A DNA stretch of 64,000 bases from a virus (taxonomy: Duplodnaviria; Caudoviricetes): the IMG/VR virus record IMGVR_UViG_3300028887_000075, positions 106,735 through 170,734 of that record; one strand, 5' to 3'. Both the position numbers and the translations under genes were made by a program. Every line of letters starts with the position of its first letter. The stretch's first letter is position 1. The notes beneath the pieces are model-generated. The model saw only the letters and a list, made by a program, of their open reading frames with translations, made no database searches and was not told where the DNA came from. Positions 46,035 through 55,145 of the stretch are shown here, in pieces.

Positions 46035-47375
46035 ATGGACTTTTCCAAGAAGATTGAAACACGAATCGGCGAGCTTCTCGAGAAGAAGCGCGAGTTCAAC
46101 GTCCTCTACGTCGGGGACAACACTTCCCGCCTGTCCTGCGTGCGCGGACTTACCGCCATGCAGCAGTTCAAGTCGTTCTACAGCTCCATTGCGAGCGTGT
46201 CGGTCACTACGATGGACAGCAAGACCTTCTGCAAGTCCAGGCCGAACCTCGACAGCTTCGGTATCGTCTGGGTCGACAACGTAATCAACCGCCAGTTCAA
46301 CGACACGCTCCTCGCCCTCATCGGCGAATCCTTCGACCGCAAGGAACCGGGATGGCGTGACGAGGGCAAAGCTCTTGCCGGTGACCTCCGCGCGCAGTTC
46401 GACAAGGAAGCCAACGAGTACCGTTCCCTCCTCACCCACGTAGTATACTCCCTGGATGAGTTCGTATGGGATGCCCCGGCTGCCCGCAATCGTACAATCA
46501 TCGAGGCCCGCACGGTGGCCGACTGTGTGAGCTACGCCGACACGGTGGTCGTGCCGAACAACGAGATGCGCACCGCCCTCGTCCAGCTCCAGCTGGCCGA
46601 CGAGGACAAGGATATCCAGATTATCCCGAGCTTCGTATCCTCCCAGTTCTACCCGACGCACAAGGTTTTCCTCAAGTCGAAGACCGGGTCGACCGTAATC
46701 AACCGCCCGAAGGTGCTCGTCAAGGGAACGGAAATCCCGAAGAATGTCCAGAACTTCATCATTCACGGAACGGACGACTACGACTTCACAATCTGCACCG
46801 TCGGTGAGCTCGACCAGCGCCTGATGGAACTTCTCCGTCCGCGCAGCAAGAAGGAAGGACCGCTTGTCCGCAACCTGATGCACTGGGCCAACCCGTATGT
46901 GACCGCCGACAACATGGCGGAAACCATGGCTATGGAACGAGACGCCGGCTTCGACTTCGTTATTCTCACAGGTCCAGACGACTATGCCGACGATATCTAC
47001 AACGTCACCATTACCGATACCGATGCCCTGCTTGCCATCTCCGCAGGTTCTGTAGTGTTCGCCCAGATTGAAAAGGCTGGGTTCGCCAAGGGAATCCACC
47101 TCTGCAACGAGACGGGCGAGGACTTCATCTTCAGCGAAGAGACCAAGGTCAAGGAACTGAAGGACCGTATCGAGAAGTGGCGTATCACGGTCAACTGGGA
47201 CGAGGCCTACACCAAGCAGCGTACCCTCCTCGAACACCGCCTGGTGTCCGACCCGCAGGTTCTCGCAGGATTCTTCCACGCGATGCTCGGCCGCAGGGTC
47301 AGCACCGAGATGAAGGGCCGTTTCGACGAGGCGATGGCCAAGTCAAAGAAGGCTGAAGACAATGCCGACGTTTAA
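46035..47375 (+). CDS. divergent glycosyltransferase-like protein
   Basis: VVYSLDEFVWDAP..N, ADTVVVPN..M, IQIIPSFV echo phage GT-B type motifs. Confidence 0.45.
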   Translation: MDFSKKIETRIGELLEKKREFNVLYVGDNTSRLSCVRGLTAMQQFKSFYSSIASVSVTTMDSKTFCKSRPNLDSFGIVWVDNVINRQFNDTLLALIGESFDRKEPGWRDEGKALAGDLRAQFDKEANEYRSLLTHVVYSLDEFVWDAPAARNRTIIEARTVADCVSYADTVVVPNNEMRTALVQLQLADEDKDIQIIPSFVSSQFYPTHKVFLKSKTGSTVINRPKVLVKGTEIPKNVQNFIIHGTDDYDFTICTVGELDQRLMELLRPRSKKEGPLVRNLMHWANPYVTADNMAETMAMERDAGFDFVILTGPDDYADDIYNVTITDTDALLAISAGSVVFAQIEKAGFAKGIHLCNETGEDFIFSEETKVKELKDRIEKWRITVNWDEAYTKQRTLLEHRLVSDPQVLAGFFHAMLGRRVSTEMKGRFDEAMAKSKKAEDNADV

Positions 47376-47634
47376 TTACTACGCGGTGAAATACGACGTC
47401 AGGAGCTTCGAGGCCGACCCGGAAAGACCGGGCCGGTCCCTTTCTTACGCGGATAGGGATGTTGCGGCTCCAGTAATTCTTGATAAACGGTTTGACACCC
47501 CGGAATCTGCTCAGGCATATATCGATGCGCTGATGTCCGGTGACCGTGGCGAGGAGGTCGAGCTGACCCTCGCGAACGGGGGACAGTACAAGGGTCCCAG
47601 ATACTTTTATACAATGGGGAGTTCAATCACATGA
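47362..47634 (+). CDS. hypothetical protein
   Basis: 90 aa, overlaps both neighbours. Confidence 0.65.
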   Translation: MPTFNYYAVKYDVRSFEADPERPGRSLSYADRDVAAPVILDKRFDTPESAQAYIDALMSGDRGEEVELTLANGGQYKGPRYFYTMGSSIT

Positions 47635-49421
47635 GCGAAGAATTTAACCAGTACGACACTGCCAGGTTCGGCGAGGAGACCCGCCAGCTGCTGGCTACGG
47701 GAATATCAGCCCTGGCGGCACAGGAGTCCATGGGCCTGGCTACCGATGCCAACGCCGAGATTCGCCGCCGGGAGGCCGCGGAACTTGCCGCGGACATGGA
47801 AAGGAAGAACAAGGAGAACCAGCTCCGCAGGGCTGCCGCGGTTACCGGTGGCCTCCCGGAGACCCCGGCTACTGCCGACCAGAAGCCCAAGCTGAAGGGC
47901 CGCAGGAAGAAGTCGATGCCCAAGCAGGAGCCGTCCAAGATTATGCCCGCTTCGCATATCCCGGAGCAGCCGGTAGCGGCCCCGCAGGCCCCCGCCCCGC
48001 AGCCACAGCAGCTGCCTCCAGGCCTTACCGAGGCGGACCTGGCGCTCATCGAGCAGGTGAAGGCTTCTCGCAACAGGGCTGTAGGCAATTTCCTGGAGTC
48101 GCATGATACCGTTCATCCGAACGCCTATGATGCACGTCCCGTGCAGCCGGCACAGCAGCCGGTACAGCAGCCGCAACATCAGCAGTGGGCATCGAATCCT
48201 GGACAGCAGGAGCGTGCCGTGCTGAACGAGCGCCAGGCCATGGCATACAACGGGCAGGACAATCCCGCATACGGACAGCCGGCACAGTTCGGCGCCCCGG
48301 TGCAGTTCCAGCCGGCCCAGCGGCAACAGCCGCAGTTCAATTTCCAGCAGCCTCCTGTGCAGGCCCCGGTGCAGCCACAGTATACCTATGTCCAGCAACC
48401 GTCTCAGACTGCAGTGCTTCCCCCGGAGATGTCCTATGTCCCCCCGCAGCCGGCTCCCCAGCAGGTACCGGAATATTACTGGTGGGAAGACGAGGTAGAC
48501 CCCGATGCTCCCGAGGATGAACCGGAAGGCTCCGGGACGGCACCGGAAGCCCCGGTGCAGGAAATGAAGCCGTCCGTCGAGCCTACGGTCGTGCATGCCA
48601 CCAGTCCGGCCCCGTTCGACCCGGGAGTTCCCGACAGGGCCTTCGCCGCGTTCAGCGAGATTACCGGGTTCCCGTCGCAGGGACTGTTCTATACCGACAG
48701 GCTGTTCGGCCAGGGCCTTACGACCGTCGATGCCGACATGCTCAGCGCGATGGACCCGGACGACCCGCTGGAGGTGGCCAACACGTTCACCGCAATAATC
48801 GGCCGCAGGGTACGCGGAATCAACCCGGAGGACATCCTGTCCGCCGACGAGGAGTTCCTCGTCTACTGGCTGAGGGAGTCGACGTACCTTACCGAGTCTC
48901 TTCCCAAGCCGAGGTTCAAGTGCGAGCACTGCGGGACATACGTTACCAACCGGGAGCAGTTTGACGTGATTGGACGGCTAGGCTTCACCAACCAGGAGTT
49001 CACCACGGAGAGCGACCCTGCTGCCGTAGCGGCCATGCATGCAGCCGAGGGATTCGTCAGGTACACCCTGTTCGACGGGAGGGAATGCGCCATCTACCTG
49101 CGCCGCAGGAAGCACGACCGCGCCATCGCCGAGTACATGGACAGCTGGGAGAAGGCCAACAAGAAGATTTACCCGGTATACCGGGCGTTCAACACCAGCA
49201 TAGCCTCGTTCATCGAGATTGAGGACTGCGATACCATGAGCGAGAAGATTAGGTTCCTCGAGGAATACCCGCTGTCCAAGAGGCAGGAATTCCTCAAGGC
49301 CGTCTACGACGCCCAGGTGGTGTCAAAGACCTTCCTGAACATCAAGTGTCCGAAGTGCGGAGGTGTGGCCCGTGTGCCGTACTCCTTTCAACCCGCACCG
49401 TTCGTGGCCAGTCTACGATAG
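47631..49421 (+). CDS. baseplate hub / tail assembly chaperone (gp26-like) with long Q/P-rich N-terminus
   Basis: FPSQGLFY, LTTVDADML, DILSADEEFLVYWLR..TY, CEHCG, CPKCG. Confidence 0.7.
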   Translation: MSEEFNQYDTARFGEETRQLLATGISALAAQESMGLATDANAEIRRREAAELAADMERKNKENQLRRAAAVTGGLPETPATADQKPKLKGRRKKSMPKQEPSKIMPASHIPEQPVAAPQAPAPQPQQLPPGLTEADLALIEQVKASRNRAVGNFLESHDTVHPNAYDARPVQPAQQPVQQPQHQQWASNPGQQERAVLNERQAMAYNGQDNPAYGQPAQFGAPVQFQPAQRQQPQFNFQQPPVQAPVQPQYTYVQQPSQTAVLPPEMSYVPPQPAPQQVPEYYWWEDEVDPDAPEDEPEGSGTAPEAPVQEMKPSVEPTVVHATSPAPFDPGVPDRAFAAFSEITGFPSQGLFYTDRLFGQGLTTVDADMLSAMDPDDPLEVANTFTAIIGRRVRGINPEDILSADEEFLVYWLRESTYLTESLPKPRFKCEHCGTYVTNREQFDVIGRLGFTNQEFTTESDPAAVAAMHAAEGFVRYTLFDGRECAIYLRRRKHDRAIAEYMDSWEKANKKIYPVYRAFNTSIASFIEIEDCDTMSEKIRFLEEYPLSKRQEFLKAVYDAQVVSKTFLNIKCPKCGGVARVPYSFQPAPFVASLR

Positions 49422-49596
49422 GAAGGCGCTCATAAAGAACAAGTGCATCATTTCCGAGATGACGTCCAACACGTTCGCCGACTGCGACAGGATGTTCTTC
49501 TCGGAGTTCCTCGAACTTGCCCGGTATGCGGCGAAGCGGTTCACCGCCGAGCACTACATACCCGACCAGGGGGAGGAACTGTCCAATTATGGATAG
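49363..49596 (+). CDS. small gp51-like chaperone segment, possibly a frameshift extension of the upstream gene
   Basis: KCIISEMTSNTFADCDRMFFSEF; no convincing start of its own. Confidence 0.5.
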   Translation: MWPVCRTPFNPHRSWPVYDRKALIKNKCIISEMTSNTFADCDRMFFSEFLELARYAAKRFTAEHYIPDQGEELSNYG

Positions 49597-49614
49597 TTTG
49601 CTATATTTGTGGAT

Positions 49615-50097
49615 ATGATTGAACGGCTCTATATTGACATGGACGGCGTGATGGTCGACTTCGACGGGCGCGTGGACGAGCTCGGGTGCCGGCTGGCTCC
49701 CGGTAAGCACCCGTCGTATGTCGACTGGAACCGGGTTAAGGAAATCGGGCCGGACTTCTGGGCGACGATGCAGTGGTTCCCGGAGGGGAAGGCGTTCTTC
49801 GAGGAGTGCCAGCGGGTCTGCCGGGAGAACGGCATCGAGATGGGAATCCTTACCGCCATATCCATTCCTGCCGGTGTCAAGGGGAAGAGCCTGTGGGTTC
49901 ACTGGAATACGGACCTCGACAACGAGCACCTGATTATCGTGCCTCATGGATATGACAAGTACCGCTTTGCCGCTCCCGGGCGTGTCCTGGTGGATGACGA
50001 CCCGAGGAACATTTCCGACTGGAATGCCGCCGGTGGCACCGGGATACTCTACAAGGACGCTTCCGGCGCCTTCCGGGAGATTCTCGGGCTAATCTAG
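49615..50097 (+). CDS. HAD-family 5'(3')-deoxyribonucleotidase
   Basis: LYIDMDGV.VDF, ILTA, K..W, LVDD..N...W.AAGG.GI; class I promoter at 49597. Confidence 0.85.
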   Translation: MIERLYIDMDGVMVDFDGRVDELGCRLAPGKHPSYVDWNRVKEIGPDFWATMQWFPEGKAFFEECQRVCRENGIEMGILTAISIPAGVKGKSLWVHWNTDLDNEHLIIVPHGYDKYRFAAPGRVLVDDDPRNISDWNAAGGTGILYKDASGAFREILGLI

Positions 50098-50121
50098 CAG
50101 AAATCAGGTTTTTCCATAGAA

Positions 50122-50160
50122 CGGGGCCGCCTTCCGGGGCGGCCCTTTCGGGTATAAACT
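50122..50160 (+). terminator. hairpin followed by class II motif TATAAACT
   Basis: GGGCCGCC-ttccgg-GGCGGCCC-TTT, then TATAAACT at 50153-50160. Confidence 0.6.
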
Positions 50161-50181
50161 ACCGAATTGAGGATATACCCC

Positions 50182-52194
50182 ATGGCAAATACCGCACAGA
50201 CATCAGCGGCTACCGCTGCCGAGCAGGAAACGATAAAGGCTATCGAGCAGAAGCTTTCCGGCCTCAGTTCCATAATGGAAGGCTTCAAGAACGGCATGAC
50301 CGAATTTGCCAAGGTAATGACCGACGAGAAGAGCCAGTTCTTCCAGAATATGTCTAGCATCATGTTCGGCTCTATGCAGAGGAACGATGCCGACCGTCGT
50401 GCATACGAGGAGGCGAAGGCCCAGCACGAGGAAACCAGGAAGATGGCTATGGGGGCCAGGGGTCCAGAGCGGGGACAGGCGGGATTCTGGGAAGCGGCCT
50501 TCGCGGCCACCCCTGATAAACCGGAGGAAATTCAGGCAAGGGCCACCATCAAGGCACTTACTTCTGACGACGTCAAGAAGCATATGCAGGAGGCTTTTTC
50601 CACCGCTACCATAAAGAATGCCGTGAGTGAAGGCGATTCGCGCACTACAGGCGAGAAGGCACTGGATTTCATGGGTTTGGGATTCATTAACAAGATTAAG
50701 AACCGAATTCAGGACCGTGACATCATACATGAGGAAAAGGCCAACAAGAAGGACAAGGATTCCATTGCAAGGGATATGCGCGAGAAGGCGAGGTTGGAAG
50801 CGGCAATCAGGAAAGCAAAGGGTCCGGACGGTACCGGCGAGGATGCCATTGAGCTCGTTGAACGGCTGCGCGAGGTAAATTCCAATATCAAGGATGCCGA
50901 AGGAAGGCTCGATGCGCGAAAGCGTGCCGCCGACCCGTATTCTGACCTTATCGAGGGTGACGGGCTTGATGCCCGGTTTATCGACGGCAAGGGCGTGGTA
51001 ATAGGCGATTCCAAGGGGAAACTGGCCGATACACTTGACAATCCAAGTTCACCCCTTAAGGTAACCGATTCAAAATCTGATAAGGACGACGATAAGAAAC
51101 GGTCGATATCAGGAGTAGACGAGGAAGCTGCTGCGGAGGTCGAATATGAACTCAACACTAAGGCCCGTCCTGATTTCTACAAAGAAGGCACCGAGGCATT
51201 CAAGGCTATTAATGATGGAGAACTTAGTTCCGGCATAGCATCGTCGGTGAGCAGCGGATTGATGTCAGGTGTAGGTAGTGGGGTCGGCAAGGGAATTGCG
51301 GACAGCCTGATGCCTACATTCATGGACAAGGCAAAATCCAAGTTCTTCCGCAAGGATGCAGAGGGCGCATTCCCGTCAGGCGAAACCGGCGACGCAAAGG
51401 AGATTGCCGACACCGAAAGATACCTAAATACCCAGTTAAGGCCGGACTTCTACAAGGAAGGCATACGGGCATTCAAGGTAATTAATTCCGGTAAGCTCAA
51501 AGTAGGCGAAGGTGAGTCGGGGAACAACGAAAGCCTGATTGATACGTTCAAGGACATGGTGCCGGATTTACCTGAGCTACCCGGTAAACAGAAGGTCAAG
51601 GAAGTGGTTGACTTCATTAAGGAAGGACCAAATGGCGCCTCAAAGAATATCAAGGCATTTCTTGATAGTACCGTTGAGAATCTGGAAAATAGTAAACGTG
51701 GTTGGGATAACGAGCAGAAAGATGCCATGATAGCTCATACCAAGGCTGAAAAGGAGCTAGAAGAAGGCAAGCTGTTCGGATTTACGATGCCATGGCAGTT
51801 CCGGCAGGTAGCCAAGGTTAAGAAAGCCAAGGTAGAAATGGATGAAGCCTCTAAAAAGTTTGGTGAATTCACCAAGGCGGCAAGGGAAAGGGGAATATCG
51901 TTCGATGACCAAGAAGCTATGATGAAGTTCAAGGACGAGTATGACCATGCTAAGGGTGGAACGGGCACTGCAGGAAATGCAGGCAAGCAGATGCCGCCAA
52001 ACGCTACTACTCCTGGAGAATCGGTTGACCCCCGCAAGTCAGAAACTGCTGATGAAAAGACAGCGCGCGAAGAGGAGACTCTGTTCCGTGCCGTCAAACG
52101 AGCATTGACGGATGTCGATGTGCAGAAGCAGAATTTGGAAAATGCCAAGGTGACTGGCCAGCAGATTGACCAGTCATTGACCGGGAGGAAGTAA
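50182..52194 (+). CDS. putative tape-measure / baseplate hub (gp29-like) protein
   Basis: 670 aa helical, charged; lies between chaperone and baseplate genes; internal repeat LNT..RPDFYKEG..AFK.IN.G.L. Confidence 0.5.
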   Translation: MANTAQTSAATAAEQETIKAIEQKLSGLSSIMEGFKNGMTEFAKVMTDEKSQFFQNMSSIMFGSMQRNDADRRAYEEAKAQHEETRKMAMGARGPERGQAGFWEAAFAATPDKPEEIQARATIKALTSDDVKKHMQEAFSTATIKNAVSEGDSRTTGEKALDFMGLGFINKIKNRIQDRDIIHEEKANKKDKDSIARDMREKARLEAAIRKAKGPDGTGEDAIELVERLREVNSNIKDAEGRLDARKRAADPYSDLIEGDGLDARFIDGKGVVIGDSKGKLADTLDNPSSPLKVTDSKSDKDDDKKRSISGVDEEAAAEVEYELNTKARPDFYKEGTEAFKAINDGELSSGIASSVSSGLMSGVGSGVGKGIADSLMPTFMDKAKSKFFRKDAEGAFPSGETGDAKEIADTERYLNTQLRPDFYKEGIRAFKVINSGKLKVGEGESGNNESLIDTFKDMVPDLPELPGKQKVKEVVDFIKEGPNGASKNIKAFLDSTVENLENSKRGWDNEQKDAMIAHTKAEKELEEGKLFGFTMPWQFRQVAKVKKAKVEMDEASKKFGEFTKAARERGISFDDQEAMMKFKDEYDHAKGGTGTAGNAGKQMPPNATTPGESVDPRKSETADEKTAREEETLFRAVKRALTDVDVQKQNLENAKVTGQQIDQSLTGRK

Positions 52195-53358
52195 ATGGCT
52201 AACCAGAAGACAGTGAATAGGTACAAGCAGTTTCCGCTGCATACCGACACGAAGTATCATTCGTCGCACCTCCCGTTACCTAACGTAGTGAGGATAGAGG
52301 TCCTTTCTCCTGCAGCGAAGGCCAGGTACCTTGGTAAGTTCCATAGTATGATGGACGGTTTCCGGCAGAAGCTGACGGAATCAATGATGCCGCCCGATGC
52401 CAACATGCCGTTTTATGCCTTCTTTGACCCTATGGAGAACGGCGACATCGGGTTTGATGTTAGTTCCACCTGGGATACTACGCAGAATGCTGGGTTGAAT
52501 GCCGGCGTTGCCCTGGTAAAGAAACTGCCTGTTATTGGTGATACAGTCGGTGGCGTAGCCGAGAAGGGCGCCAGCATATTCAACCAGGGTGCACGGTTCA
52601 TGGGGTTCAACAACGACAGTACCGGTTCCTGCACTATGAAGGAATTTACCAAGTCCGAATTTACATTCACCAAGAACATCAGGTGCAGCTGGTATATGCC
52701 GGAACAGGAGGATATGGCCCGTGTTTCACTTTCCCGGCTTATCCGTATGGCCTATGTGCGTAACTTCGACATGGACAAGCGAAATAACTTTGGCACCAAG
52801 CTGGCCGAGGCATTGAAGACTATTCCCAAACAGATTAACGCAGTAAACCAGGCAGGTGAAGGAACTAGTAGCATGGCAGGTGATTTCGTCGGTGGTCTGG
52901 CCGATAAGGGTATTGCATGGGCATCAAGCAAGGTGGGTGGGCTAGTTGATTCAGGAATAGTGAATAAGGTCATTTCCGGCGCGGCCAGAACAGGCATCTC
53001 ACTGAATGAATATTTCGGAGGGTCACTGACCGTTAACCCGTTACCGGTAAGGTTGACTATGGGCCACCAGCTTGATATTGAACCACTGGTGATTACTAAC
53101 ATCAAGATATCGGGTAGTCAGGAACAGTTCATGACCACTGATGGAAGCAATATCCCGTTGTTTGTCAATGTAGATATTACATTCGCAATGTGGATGATAC
53201 CTGACCCGAACAAGGGCTTCGTACAGTACCTGGGAGATGATATTTTCAATGTCGGGTATTCTGCTGGTAAGTCAAGCAAGAAGCAGAGCAAGGAGAGTGA
53301 GGATGGCACTCCTCTCCCGGAACTTTCCAATCCGTCTGACAATAAAACCAAGAGATAA
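52195..53358 (+). CDS. baseplate / tail-tube initiator (gp48-like)
   Basis: NPLPVRLTMG, PLVITNI.I, PLFVNVDITF; synteny. Confidence 0.55.
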   Translation: MANQKTVNRYKQFPLHTDTKYHSSHLPLPNVVRIEVLSPAAKARYLGKFHSMMDGFRQKLTESMMPPDANMPFYAFFDPMENGDIGFDVSSTWDTTQNAGLNAGVALVKKLPVIGDTVGGVAEKGASIFNQGARFMGFNNDSTGSCTMKEFTKSEFTFTKNIRCSWYMPEQEDMARVSLSRLIRMAYVRNFDMDKRNNFGTKLAEALKTIPKQINAVNQAGEGTSSMAGDFVGGLADKGIAWASSKVGGLVDSGIVNKVISGAARTGISLNEYFGGSLTVNPLPVRLTMGHQLDIEPLVITNIKISGSQEQFMTTDGSNIPLFVNVDITFAMWMIPDPNKGFVQYLGDDIFNVGYSAGKSSKKQSKESEDGTPLPELSNPSDNKTKR

Positions 53359-53361
53359 GCT

Positions 53362-53802
53362 ATGGCAAAGGAAATATTTCCACGTCTAAGGAACAAGGAT
53401 TTTGGGTACATGGACACGTTCAGCGTACCGTCCTACCAGGCAGGCAGGCTCGACCTTATCTGTTCCGAGCGATATGACGAGCCAAGGACCTACAAGGTGC
53501 TTGCCGCAGCAAACGGCATAGTCGATACCATGACCAACCGTCCAGGTATCCGGCCTGCCACCGAGGCCCTGGAGAATGAGCTAGTTTTGAGGGGGGTAAA
53601 ACCCAAGGATGCGCCGCAGGCTGCGAAGGAAATCGATGAAATCCGGATACTGGGCATAATGGACTGGAAGTCCTACGGTAACGTGACCGACGGTAACATT
53701 ACCGACGTCGAACATGGCCGGATTATGTTCGTCCCGACACCTGACAGTGCGGTCGCCTGGTTTGAAAGATACAACACCCTTCAGGAAGAGGATGAAGACT
53801 GA
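53362..53802 (+). CDS. baseplate wedge subunit (gp53-like, LysM-type)
   Basis: GRLDLICSERY....YKVLAAANGIVD...G.IMFVP. Confidence 0.7.
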   Translation: MAKEIFPRLRNKDFGYMDTFSVPSYQAGRLDLICSERYDEPRTYKVLAAANGIVDTMTNRPGIRPATEALENELVLRGVKPKDAPQAAKEIDEIRILGIMDWKSYGNVTDGNITDVEHGRIMFVPTPDSAVAWFERYNTLQEEDED

Positions 53803-55145
53803 TGGCACATACCAAGGTAGGGGAACGTTATTCGGTAAACATAGGCATATCCAAGGGTGGAAGTGCCGACCGCAAGGACCTTGTCATTTACAATGACGCG
53901 GCTGTGCCGGAGTTTACACTGAACTGCGTCTTGAACCGGTTCCCTACCGGTAGGGCCCGTCTGGTAAGCCAGGCAAAGGATACCATCGCACCTTCCAGTG
54001 GCACATACGGTACACTTACGTTCAGCGGCATCGACACTTCTGGAAAGGACCGGGTGATGCCCATATACATAACTAAGGCCGACCGTAAGGTGCTGTCTGC
54101 CAGTGTATCCGCAATTGACATCGAGTTCGAGGTAGGCTATGACCGTACCCAGTCGGTAATGGAAAACGATGCATTCGAGGGGAACAGCATAGAGGCCATG
54201 AACCGGCTCTTTACTACGGCAAAAATGGACGTGGTCGACTACGTTACCCAGGGAAAGGGTCCTAACGGGGTAGGCGACAGCATGGTATGGCGCTTTGTCG
54301 AGGGTACGCTTACGGAGCATCTCGACACCGTCGTGCAGCATTGCGTGATTCCGGGAGACATCGCCTACTGGGCATACGACGAGGGACTGGGCAAGGTGAA
54401 GATTGGGACATTCAATCTGTCCAAGAGTTCGTCGTTCAAGCGGTTCCTGATGTACACACACGATGCCGAGCAGGCTACCAGCAACGCATACAAGGACCTT
54501 TCCGGCTCGAACACCAAGATATGGTACTATTCCGGCTATTCTCCCGAGGACTTGTCCGGTGCGCTCAGGGGAGAACGGTCACCGAACCTGTTCATAGACA
54601 GCCTAGGTCCCAATGGGGAAAAGGAAGTAGGTGACTGCGCCGCGGAATGCTGGGCGTCCATACTGAAGACGATGGGGGCCAATCCGGACTACATGGAGAC
54701 CGGGAAGTATTCCAAGCAGCAGGTGGTCAAGACGTTCCCGATGAATACACACAAGATGTATGCCGTGGCGCCTTATGTGCGGCGCTACATGCTTGCCGAA
54801 TACTCCAAGCAGGTAATACTTAATATCTACAACCATACCGGTCCCAAGCTGGGCGCATGCATGCACTTCTATGCCGAGTCACCCAATAAGCGCGAAGGTG
54901 ACTTTCTCCCGGACGAGGAATATACTGCAAAGTACGTAGTAGTCGAGAAGACAATCACCAAGAATTCCACCACGAAGGTAGGCCTGCTCAGCAGGACGGT
55001 TGATACTACCAGTTCCGACATGGTGACTACGATACGCATGGTGAGCAATACGGGATATTCCGGATTGCTGGGGAAGGAGTACAGGGAAGTGAACGACCTG
55101 GCGGCTGCAATTACCAGGCAGCTGGTGCACGGGGGTACTAAATGA
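53802..55145 (+). CDS. baseplate hub (gp27-like)
   Basis: 447 aa between gp53-like and gp5-like genes; C-terminal PKLG...YTAKYVV. Confidence 0.55.
   Translation: MAHTKVGERYSVNIGISKGGSADRKDLVIYNDAAVPEFTLNCVLNRFPTGRARLVSQAKDTIAPSSGTYGTLTFSGIDTSGKDRVMPIYITKADRKVLSASVSAIDIEFEVGYDRTQSVMENDAFEGNSIEAMNRLFTTAKMDVVDYVTQGKGPNGVGDSMVWRFVEGTLTEHLDTVVQHCVIPGDIAYWAYDEGLGKVKIGTFNLSKSSSFKRFLMYTHDAEQATSNAYKDLSGSNTKIWYYSGYSPEDLSGALRGERSPNLFIDSLGPNGEKEVGDCAAECWASILKTMGANPDYMETGKYSKQQVVKTFPMNTHKMYAVAPYVRRYMLAEYSKQVILNIYNHTGPKLGACMHFYAESPNKREGDFLPDEEYTAKYVVVEKTITKNSTTKVGLLSRTVDTTSSDMVTTIRMVSNTGYSGLLGKEYREVNDLAAAITRQLVHGGTK

Noticed and set aside
9818-48929. Long antisense/shadow ORFs (e.g. 9818-10984, 38540-39487, 45984-47279, 47706-48929)
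   Set aside because: They overlap well-supported genes on the other strand and are expected from GC-rich codon bias; no motifs.
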